IMG/VR virus record: IMGVR_UViG_3300009093_000009
DNA from: a virus
DNA length: 64,000 nucleotides
Strand: one strand, 5' to 3'
Positions within the stretch are counted from its first letter, which is position 1. Every line of letters begins with the position of its first letter. Under the pieces are notes generated by a model, which was not told where the DNA came from, made no database searches, and saw nothing but the letters and a program-made list of their open reading frames with translations. Of this stretch, positions 45,311 to 53,700 are shown one piece after another. The position numbers were made by a program, and so were the translations under genes.

Positions 45311-45705
45311 TGGCGAAGAGCAACGATGGCGCGGAGGCCAGGAAAGACTTTAATGCGGCCCTGGCCGAAGATGGTCAGACTATCGTGCGCGTGCGCCGTG
45401 GCCGAACCGATAGTAAGGGCAACCGTCATCCAGAAGAGCGCATCCCGCAGCGGGTCTTGATAGATACGGTCAGGCTGCAATCCGCCACGACCATATCGGA
45501 CCAGGGAGCAAGCAACGCCGCCAACAGCGGGATGAACATCATCTATATGTCTCCCGATGATGGAGAGCCATCGGAGCAGGACGTTATCGAGCGCGGACTG
45601 TTTCGGTACGGCCTCTCCGATCTCGACTTCCTGCCGGTGAATGACATCGTGGTGTATTGGTTTGCAACGATGGTTCGCACCGAAGACATCGAGGCCGATA
45701 CGTAA
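45310..45705 (+). CDS. Putative head-tail joining protein
   Basis: 131-aa ORF abutting its neighbours. Confidence 0.5.
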   Translation: MAKSNDGAEARKDFNAALAEDGQTIVRVRRGRTDSKGNRHPEERIPQRVLIDTVRLQSATTISDQGASNAANSGMNIIYMSPDDGEPSEQDVIERGLFRYGLSDLDFLPVNDIVVYWFATMVRTEDIEADT

Positions 45706-47334
45706 ATGGACATCGAAGACATCATACGGCAAACGCTCGATCCACGCGGGAAGCTGACGGCGGAAGACTACCAGGACCGCTACCAGGACTTCTTCCTCCA
45801 TACGATGCAGCGCGATGAATTTCATAAGTCGCTGGCGGCGCAAGGTCTGGAACTGCATAAGATGCAGAAGTGGCCTACCGCCAAGACCAGGGCCGCGATA
45901 GAGCCGTTCGCGGTACAGTGGGCCAAGTCAAATCCGGTCAAATATGGCGATGAAGAAGCGCGGGATAATCATTCTGTATCCAGTGTAGTCGAGAAAAGCG
46001 CAAGGCCGAAATCAGGCATTTCCATCAACGGCGTCAGCCTAAGCGACATCGATCCGCGCCTGATGCTCGACAAAGACAGCAAGCAGCTTCTTATCATGAT
46101 GCAGCAGGGAAAACTCCCTGAGAGGCACATGGAAGATGCGAAGAAGCTGATTACGATTTCCATGACGAAGGCGGCGGAAGCGATCAAGGAAGCCAGGGAC
46201 ATCAAGGCGATCCTGCCTGACAAGCTGACTTCCAACTTCGCTAGGAAGCTATCGGACGAAGAAGTCGGTCAGGTGCTCGATGCGGAAAGCGGATACGGGA
46301 TAGACCAGCGCAACAGCGAAGATCGGGAGAGCCGCAAGGAGCGGGAAAAGCGCATCGAAGCTGCTGGCGGAAGGAGCACGCTCGAAGGCTACCTGATCGC
46401 CATGAACCAGGAACGCCTCTTCAATACCGTGGGCATCGGTGGCGACGGCAATATCGATGACGTGTACACAAAAGGCTCCAGGCTCGAAGGTCTTGCCCTG
46501 CATCCCGATGATGTCGATGAAGACACGGGCGAAGACGCCTACTACAAACGGTTCCCTGGCGATACCGCTGAATTCAATCGGGAAGTCGCCATCGATGCCG
46601 TGTATCAGGCCACGAAGGATAGCTTCTATACCATCGATGAAGGCAAGCGCATTGCGTGGCTTACCGAACAGTTTAATCGTAGAAGCCAGTATGGGCCGCA
46701 GAACGAGTATCAGTCTCCAGAGCAATTCGAGTGGTCAGGTCTTACGGCCTTTCAGAGAAGCGATGGGCAGCATCAGCTTTTCATTAGCGGCAAGGGTATC
46801 GAGCAGCGGTTCGGTATGGTGCTGTCCGATGAAAACCTGAAACAGCTATCGGATGCGATGCGGGAAGATATTCTCACGGCTTACGACAATGCGGTCCATA
46901 GCCAGCCCACAAGAAGGCTACGCATGTGCTTAGAGCACGGCACGATGAAAGCCCAATACGGTGCATCGCAGGGTAACAGGAGCGATGTAACTCTACGGTT
47001 CGCACCCGATTGGGAAGCTGGCGGCGAAGCTGGTATCTTGCAGGGCAAAGGCGAGACGACCTACACCCGTACCACAACGCCAGCCCGATACGGTCCCTTG
47101 GTATTCGGCGGCAGGGCATCGGTCGTGAGCGAACGGGCCATGCGCTTTAAGGTCAACGGCAAGTGGGTAAGCACGCATCACATTAACGCGTCTCAGCCGA
47201 TAGGACCGAAGGTATTTGGGTCGGGAACCATCGCCAGCGACAGCCGCTTCGCGTCCATCATCGGGAAGGCGTTTGCGAGGCAGGTCATCGCGGCCATCTT
47301 GCAGGGATCGGGAGAAGCGAATGTGGCGGCCTGA
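45706..47334 (+). CDS. Large structural-module protein of unknown function
   Basis: 542-aa ORF. No motif recognised. Confidence 0.6.
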   Translation: MDIEDIIRQTLDPRGKLTAEDYQDRYQDFFLHTMQRDEFHKSLAAQGLELHKMQKWPTAKTRAAIEPFAVQWAKSNPVKYGDEEARDNHSVSSVVEKSARPKSGISINGVSLSDIDPRLMLDKDSKQLLIMMQQGKLPERHMEDAKKLITISMTKAAEAIKEARDIKAILPDKLTSNFARKLSDEEVGQVLDAESGYGIDQRNSEDRESRKEREKRIEAAGGRSTLEGYLIAMNQERLFNTVGIGGDGNIDDVYTKGSRLEGLALHPDDVDEDTGEDAYYKRFPGDTAEFNREVAIDAVYQATKDSFYTIDEGKRIAWLTEQFNRRSQYGPQNEYQSPEQFEWSGLTAFQRSDGQHQLFISGKGIEQRFGMVLSDENLKQLSDAMREDILTAYDNAVHSQPTRRLRMCLEHGTMKAQYGASQGNRSDVTLRFAPDWEAGGEAGILQGKGETTYTRTTTPARYGPLVFGGRASVVSERAMRFKVNGKWVSTHHINASQPIGPKVFGSGTIASDSRFASIIGKAFARQVIAAILQGSGEANVAA

Positions 47335-47989
47335 TAAACCTAACGCCGGCCTTGGCAGGATATACGCCCTGGAGAGCATTATAAAGCAGGCGATACCTGA
47401 TCTGAACCTTGCCTTTCAGAACGCGCCGCTCTATGCTCCCGAAGTATTCTATCTGAGCCAGGAGTACGGAGCCATCGTTCCCGATACCTGCGTGAAGAAA
47501 GGCGATCTGGAGAAACTTCCCGATATGGGTAAGTATGGATGGCTGCATATTAGGATCGTTACCGGCATGGCGCAGCGCGAAGGCATGGACGTACAGAGCA
47601 GCCGCGTCTATATCCAGGGAAACACTCGGGATGAGTTCTTCACAGCCGTCTATGCGTACCTGCATCCCGATGCGTTCCTGTCCGATGCGGAAGACTACCA
47701 GCAGACGACGCGCCTGATCGCGCAGGAAATCATCAGCGATTGGCTCAGGGCCAGGGTGCTGAACTTCGTCGGCGTCCTGCCCGATAACAGCGGCTTCGTG
47801 GATTATCGAACCCTGACATTGCCATCCAGGGAGCGCGTGGCAGACCTGGATGGCAATGGAAATCCGCAGTGGGATCAACTCTCCGACTGCAAGGCCATCT
47901 TCGGCAATAAGGGCTACTTCACCAAGGACTTCGGAGACGAAGTAGCCTACGGCATCATGTTCGTGCATAGCGGCCTGCTTCAAGGCTAA
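47321..47989 (+). CDS. Structural-module protein of unknown function
   Basis: Start at MWRPDK, 14-nt overlap with the upstream gene. Confidence 0.55.
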   Translation: MWRPDKPNAGLGRIYALESIIKQAIPDLNLAFQNAPLYAPEVFYLSQEYGAIVPDTCVKKGDLEKLPDMGKYGWLHIRIVTGMAQREGMDVQSSRVYIQGNTRDEFFTAVYAYLHPDAFLSDAEDYQQTTRLIAQEIISDWLRARVLNFVGVLPDNSGFVDYRTLTLPSRERVADLDGNGNPQWDQLSDCKAIFGNKGYFTKDFGDEVAYGIMFVHSGLLQG

Positions 47990-48011
47990 CTTGAAAATAA
48001 GGAGAAGCATC

Positions 48012-48314
48012 GTGGCAGAAGAAGTTAAGGATCAGTCATCGGCGGCGCAGGCCCCAAAAGTCGAGCAGTCGGCTCAGAATGTACCGCTAGGCGGGCAGCC
48101 CATCCATCCGGTAGTTCCCCCGGTCCGCGCCATTGTGGACAGCAACACCGACGCCAAACTAGCGGCTACCCTATGGGACGGGATCATCGCGAAGCTGGAG
48201 GAAGGGCTTGCGACCGTAGGCAGGGACAGCAGAACGGTTCCCGCTTCCCAGGTACGAAATCACTTTAGCGTGTGGCTCTCGGAAGCCAGGGATGCCCGCA
48301 ACAGCCTGAGCTAG
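48012..48314 (+). CDS. Hypothetical protein
   Basis: GTG start behind an AAGGAG RBS. Confidence 0.5.
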   Translation: MAEEVKDQSSAAQAPKVEQSAQNVPLGGQPIHPVVPPVRAIVDSNTDAKLAATLWDGIIAKLEEGLATVGRDSRTVPASQVRNHFSVWLSEARDARNSLS

Positions 48315-48375
48315 ATAATCGAATACTCCCGGCATCGGTTGGTACTCCAATCCTGCTGGATGATGCTAAATCGTG

Positions 48376-48434
48376 AAGCGGTTTCGCAGAGTGTGACCCA
48401 CGGGTCGCATTTTAGCGAAACCGCTTTTCTTTTT
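48376..48434 (+). terminator. Second copy of the nested terminator-like hairpin containing the palindromic motif
   Basis: AAGCGGTTTCGC ... (TGTGACCCACGGGTCGCA) ... GCGAAACCGCTT followed by TTCTTTTT. The 3' half GGGTCGCATTTTAGCGAAACCG is identical to the 33.3-kb copy. Confidence 0.6.
48392..48409. repeat. Palindromic motif copy 9
   Basis: TGTGACCCACGGGTCGCA, nested in the terminator-like hairpin, 42 nt upstream of the major tail gene. Confidence 0.95.
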
Positions 48435-48451
48435 GGAAGGATAACCAACCG

Positions 48452-49375
48452 ATGACTTCCCTAGTCAGCCATCCTTATGCGTATCCCGTGCCGTTCATGA
48501 AGCGCGGCGGCGCGGGACCGTACACGGTGTCGGTTCAAAGGAACCTGCTCCTTACCGATGGAGCGCCTGAGAACCCGGACAATAACCAGTACTTACCGAC
48601 AATCAACTCCAGTACGTACCCGTCCATCGTGGTCGCGGGCAAGAAAGCGCCCCGCTTCTCCCTGCATACCTGTATCAAGCCTCGCAACGGCGCGGCGGGA
48701 TGGAGTAACGCCGACCTGTTCAATTCGCTCCTGGGCGTCGATACGACCAATAACACGGACCGCTTCGCGTTCGCCTTTCTCGATGACTTCGAGACGCGGG
48801 TATACGACTGGTGCCGGTGCGAGCGTATCGATCTGGCATCCCATGCCGAGGGTGGTCCGTGCGCCGTCATGATGGGCTTTAAGAGCCGTTGGGCGGAAGA
48901 CTTCGCGGGATATGGCACTACGCTTCTCTCCGGGGAAGTCATCGAAGCCGCGCCTGCCTTCACCTATACGGCGCAGGTTCCCGATGCGGGCCAGCTTACG
49001 CCAGCAGCCGCAATCGAAGTGACAGGGCTGGATGGCGTCAAGGGCTTCCAGCTTACCTTCCTGCGCGGCCAGGGCGCTCGTTACTACTACAATGGAGATA
49101 ACCATCCCGCCGACATCGCAAGCACGATGTTCTCCGGCGTGGCTACCTTCGATCAGGAGCCTGGAGCGCCCACGCAGATCGCGGATACCGGATCGGTCAT
49201 CGTCAAGATCAGCACCGACATGGCTATCGGCACGGGCCGCTTCAAGTTCACGCTGGCGCTAAAGCGTGATAACCGCTTCAAGCCAATCACGACCGCCCTT
49301 GGCAATGTAAGCACGACGTTTTCGATTATCGATACTTCCGCTGGCGGGAACCCGGCAGTCGTGGTTGCCTATTAG
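48452..49375 (+). CDS. Putative major tail protein
   Basis: 307 aa, directly upstream of the chaperone pair and tape measure. Bracketed by terminator-like hairpins, consistent with a highly expressed gene. Confidence 0.6.
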   Translation: MTSLVSHPYAYPVPFMKRGGAGPYTVSVQRNLLLTDGAPENPDNNQYLPTINSSTYPSIVVAGKKAPRFSLHTCIKPRNGAAGWSNADLFNSLLGVDTTNNTDRFAFAFLDDFETRVYDWCRCERIDLASHAEGGPCAVMMGFKSRWAEDFAGYGTTLLSGEVIEAAPAFTYTAQVPDAGQLTPAAAIEVTGLDGVKGFQLTFLRGQGARYYYNGDNHPADIASTMFSGVATFDQEPGAPTQIADTGSVIVKISTDMAIGTGRFKFTLALKRDNRFKPITTALGNVSTTFSIIDTSAGGNPAVVVAY

Positions 49376-49428
49376 GATACACATGTGGACACTTTGGTAT
49401 AACAGTGTCATAATAGGAACAGGCTTTT

Positions 49429-49463
49429 GCCGATGGGAACCCACATCCCATCGGCTTCTTTAT
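49429..49463 (+). terminator. Rho-independent terminator after the major tail gene
   Basis: GCCGATGGGA acccaca TCCCATCGGC followed by TTCTTTAT. Confidence 0.65.
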
Positions 49464-49474
49464 AAGGAGAGAAC

Positions 49475-49957
49475 GTGGACATCGAATACTATCAGGTCAA
49501 GGTTGAAGGCAGGCGGCGGGCTTTTCATCGTGACACTCTCGCATCGTTTCGCGTGAACGCGCGGAAGATCATTAGGGAAGAAGACGGATCAGAGCGCGAA
49601 GAACTGGTGCAGACCACGCTAGATACGGACGATAAGATCGAGCAGGCGATGCCTGGCGGCGAGTGGATCAAAGTCAAGTTCCGCGAGAATGTTACGGGCG
49701 CTGACATCGACAAGGCCCGATCCCTGCAATGGAAGAACGATGGAACCGGCAACATGGTTGAGCATCCCTCGATGTATCCGAAGTCATGGGTACTTACGCT
49801 TTTAGAAGATTGGACCTACGATAAGGATGACTACTCTTTGGATGCACGTGGTCTATCGAAGCTGCCCGACGAAGCGGTCTACATTCTGGAGAACCGCCTG
49901 ATCGAATGGAAGGACAGCCTAAACCCTTTGGCCCTGAAGACCTTGACGCTGCCGTAA
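49475..49957 (+). CDS. Tail assembly chaperone (lambda G-like)
   Basis: GTG start behind AAGGAGAG. Sits between the major tail and tape measure genes. Its 3' end overlaps a -1 frame ORF. Confidence 0.65.
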   Translation: MDIEYYQVKVEGRRRAFHRDTLASFRVNARKIIREEDGSEREELVQTTLDTDDKIEQAMPGGEWIKVKFRENVTGADIDKARSLQWKNDGTGNMVEHPSMYPKSWVLTLLEDWTYDKDDYSLDARGLSKLPDEAVYILENRLIEWKDSLNPLALKTLTLP

Positions 49958-50214
49958 TGCAAATTGTGTCAGGGTCGAAGGTTCAGGCTCCGAAGCATCC
50001 TGGGATGTTGGAGTGGCTTAGAGCACGTCGTGGAGAGCCGCTGGTTCATGGCTCTCCTGGCAATATGCCTCTAGCAGTCGCGGAAGTCTATCTGTACCTG
50101 ATGGGCAAGTACGGATACTTGAAACTAACTCCAGACCGCAGCCAGCATAATCGCATGGTCGATATGGAGTGGGGCCGCATACAGGAGTTCAATGAGCGGT
50201 CAGGGCTGAAGTAG
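49475..50214 (+). CDS. Tail assembly chaperone frameshift product (GT-like), join 49475..49930 and 49930..50214
   Basis: In-frame slippery heptamer C_CCT_TTG at 49924-49930. The -1 frame stays open to 50214. Confidence 0.5.
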
Positions 50215-50237
50215 CGGAAGGTCTTCATCGTGTGGCA

Positions 50238-50453
50238 CTAGTGTCGATGGTCTGGCTCTGCCATACATGACCACACTAGTGCAATAACCCATCCCACGAA
50301 GGTCCAGCCGAGGAACACGGTCAGCATCAATATGGCGATGGCATTTCTTTTACCACGGATGGCACCTACGAAGGCAGGCAAAAAGTAAATAAACACACAT
50401 AGAATGATCCATCCAAGACCCGCCGTTAGTTGTGATTGGTCCTGCGGGTTCAT
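50238..50453 (-). CDS. Superinfection immunity protein (Imm_superinfect family)
   Basis: IYFLPAFVGAIRGKRNAIAILMLTVFLGWTFVGWVIALVWS matches the YF.P...A.R...N..AI....FLGWT..GW..AL.W signature. Confidence 0.8.
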   Translation of the reverse strand: MNPQDQSQLTAGLGWIILCVFIYFLPAFVGAIRGKRNAIAILMLTVFLGWTFVGWVIALVWSCMAEPDHRH

Positions 50454-50465
50454 GACTGTGTCTCT

Positions 50466-50738
50466 TTACTTGTTCGGCTGGCTATCGGTTGGCGGAGTGA
50501 TGGGAGCACCCATTCGTGTGTTGCTAGGAGCAGATACCGTCCTTGCCTCGGCAGCGTCGTGGGCAGACCCAGGCTCCATCACATAATGACTTTCCGTAGT
50601 CGTGCTCGATGCTGGCTGCTTATTGCTAAGTCCGTTCTTCATGGCGAGCAACCCACCAAACAAAACCATGAAAGTAGCAATCGCAAATATTGTCAGGCCT
50701 GCGGCAACTCCGATAGCAATTTTAATGATGGTTTTCAT
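50466..50738 (-). CDS. Small membrane protein co-transcribed with the immunity gene
   Basis: Start at MKTIIKIAIGVAAGLTIFAIATFMVLFGGLL, 6 nt after a TATAAT box, so likely leaderless. Confidence 0.5.
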   Translation of the reverse strand: MKTIIKIAIGVAAGLTIFAIATFMVLFGGLLAMKNGLSNKQPASSTTTESHYVMEPGSAHDAAEARTVSAPSNTRMGAPITPPTDSQPNK

Positions 50739-50744
50739 ACATCG

Positions 50745-50774
50745 ATTATAACGCTGCTGATACCATTGATACAA
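50745..50774 (-). promoter_or_regulatory. Sigma70-type promoter of the antisense moron
   Basis: Minus strand: TTGTAT (50774-50769), 18-nt spacer, TATAAT (50750-50745). The ATG lies 6 nt downstream. Preceded by GTCTAC. Confidence 0.6.
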
Positions 50775-50791
50775 GTAGACGGGAGACTACT

Positions 50792-53700
50792 ATGCCCGAT
50801 GCAGTAATAACCTCTGAAATTGATCTAAAGGCCGAAGCAGCTTTCGGTATTTTATCATCGCTTCAGAAACGCTCTGATGATCTTCGGCGCAGCCTATCAA
50901 ATATCAATGTCGGGCTAGAGACAAACCATAGCGCGGGGTCTACCGGTCCTGGAACTGGCTCTCCTTCTGCCGCAGGCGTGGCATCGCTTTCCACATCGTC
51001 TCCTGCGCGTCGTGGCGGCGCTCCCACAAATCCCGGCGTTATGCCGCAGATCACCCACCGGGCCACGGGCGCGGCGGTCGCAGGCGTGTCTTCCGCCTCC
51101 GATGTTCGTATTCCCACGCCTCCCGTCAGCAATGCCACGGCAGGCTCTCCTAGTACATCGCAGCGCGTATCCGGTGCAGCGGAAACTATGGTAGGATCAG
51201 AAGGAATGGCCTACAGCACACTTCCTGAAACTCCTTCTTCGATACCTCGCTATCGTATTCGTACAGATAGGACCGATTTTCCATCATTCGTGCCTCCCTC
51301 TGCTGGAGCGGGTTCAAGAGTTTTCAGAGGAATAGGCGGCGGCGGATCATCTGGCGGAGGAGGAGGCGGCGGCGGAAGCGACAGCGGCGATGACGAAGAC
51401 GATGATGGAGAAGGCCAGCCTTTTAAAGAGCGCAAGATGCGAAGAGGCTCCTGGGCATCGCTTCGGCATACGCGCAAGGTCAGGACGCTTCAGGCGCATA
51501 ATGTTGATGTAGACGAAGGCATGGGCCGCAAGGCCGTCTATTCCACGGAAACCGATTACGTAGTCGGCAAGGCATCGCAGTCGGAAGCCATCAGAAATGT
51601 CAGGAACAGCGCCCGTGCTGACCGCCTGAACATCCGTACAGGTAATGCCGTCGATCCCGATGACCCTATTGCTCTTGCTACTGCGGAGCAGTCTTATCAG
51701 ACGATGCAGGTAGGCCGCTCTACGATGCGCGCTGGCTATCGCACGGCGCGGCGTGTGGCTAATGTCAACAACGCCACAGCCTCGACACTTCCTTCCGAAG
51801 TAGATGAAAGCGACTTGCTACAGGCCGAAGCAGATGTGCGCGATAACTCTATCCGTATCAACCGTCTTGGCAGAAGGGCGCGTCAGGATGCCAAGCGATC
51901 CCACGCGCCATCGTACAACCTGAATACCGGCAAGATCGAAAATGCTCCCGATGGCATGGCCGACGATTATAACGACTGGCAGCAGGCAATGGACGATGGG
52001 ATCGACCCTGGTGATATTGACAGCTTCGCCAATCAGCCTATGCGCCGCCTTAGAAGATTTTCAAAGACGCCTGGCGGCAGATACGCTTACTCAGCAGGCC
52101 GTGGTGCCATGTATGCAATCGGGCAATCAGCTGCTGAGTATCTACACGTACAGGCTCAGGAACAGATTACAGGCCGTCGGGATGATATGGCGATGGCTGG
52201 CGTCGGCGGTCAGCTAGTAGGAGGCGTGTTAGGAGCCTCGATTGGCGGTCTATTTGGTCCGTTTTCTGGTCTGATCGGAGCATCGGTAGGCTCTCAGGTA
52301 GGTTCGATGGCGGTAGAAGCCAGTTTGGCAGGGCAGTACGGGCGCTCTCAGCGATTGATGGGAAATGCAGGGCTGACTGCGCTTGGATACAGCGGAGCCG
52401 AACTGGAGCGGCAGTCTGCCACGGCGGGCAATGCATGGCATCCTGAGTATCAGAACAATTTCGGCGGTCAGGTAGGTGGATCACTCTACAACGTGACCCA
52501 GGCTATCCCGATGCTTGGCCCTATGGTCAAGGCGTGGCTTCAGCAGGGCGATCCCACAGGCTCCCTGATGCCCGACCAGGCGGCTATCGAGAAGTACCGC
52601 AATCAGTTGGTTAGTCTATCGATGCAGGCTGGTGACAAACCGACGATGGGTGAACTGAGCCGGACCTTCGCGCCAGGGAGAACTTCCATCGACATCGAGC
52701 GCACGATGGGATCGTATCGCCGAGCCGCCCTTGGCCCATCGACTGATTACAATGAAGCCGAAAAGTTCCTGACGATGGGACCGGGCGACTACCTTCAGTC
52801 CTTTGCGCCTGGAGAAATCAGCGACAGCCAGCAGCAGGCATGGCTCGATAACTACAAGATGCTGATGCAAGGCGGTCATCGGTCGAAGCAGCGGTCTACG
52901 ATGTCCACGGTCTATCAGTCTCGCGCTAATCGAGCGCTGCTAAATGGCGGCAGGGCATCGGATGCAGAGAGCGCCTTGAGCGATCTTGACAGCACGATGA
53001 TGACCCGCGTTGGCGACATATCCGATGAAATGAGAGCGATCGCCAACATGCCAGGTGGCACGACTTCGCAGCAGTATGCCGATCTTCTCGCGGAGAAGGA
53101 GAGCGTCTATACCGGCCAGCTTCAGGCCCGTCGCTATAAAACAGAAGCCTACAATGCCGATGCCCGTGCGGAAGTGGGATACGGGTATGCTACCAGCGGC
53201 AGGCGTATGGCAGGAGTAATGCTCACCGGAAATAGCGCGGCACTGCGTGGCATTACATCCACGGTCGTGTCGGCCATGGATGCAGACATCAGCGCCCAGG
53301 CGGAAAACATTCGCAGGATGCGGGAAGGTGGCTACTCACAGGCAGAAATCAGGGCGGCTGAGAACTCTCAGGTCGATGCGGAAACAAAGCGTATGCAGAT
53401 GCCCTACCAGATCGCGGATCAGGCGCTTGGGCGCTATCAGCACGAACGCGCTACAGGAATGGGCGCGCTAGAAACCGGAGCCTATCGCGCCACGCAGTAC
53501 GGATCGATGGGAGATATATCGTCTGCGTTCTCTGCCATGAGAAGCGCCAGGATGGGAACGGCGGCTGGCCTGATAGCGCAGCGTGGCGGCGTCTCCTACG
53601 AGCAGAAGCTAGGCATCGATGACGCGATCAATACGATAAACCGTCAGGACATTGCAGAGCAGATTAGCCTGCGCGACATCGGCCTTGGCCGCGCTTCCGA

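Noticed and set aside
49906-50214. Independent 102-aa gene starting at 49906
   Set aside because: It has no RBS, overlaps the chaperone ORF in the -1 frame, and has an in-phase slippery heptamer. It is better explained as the frameshift extension.
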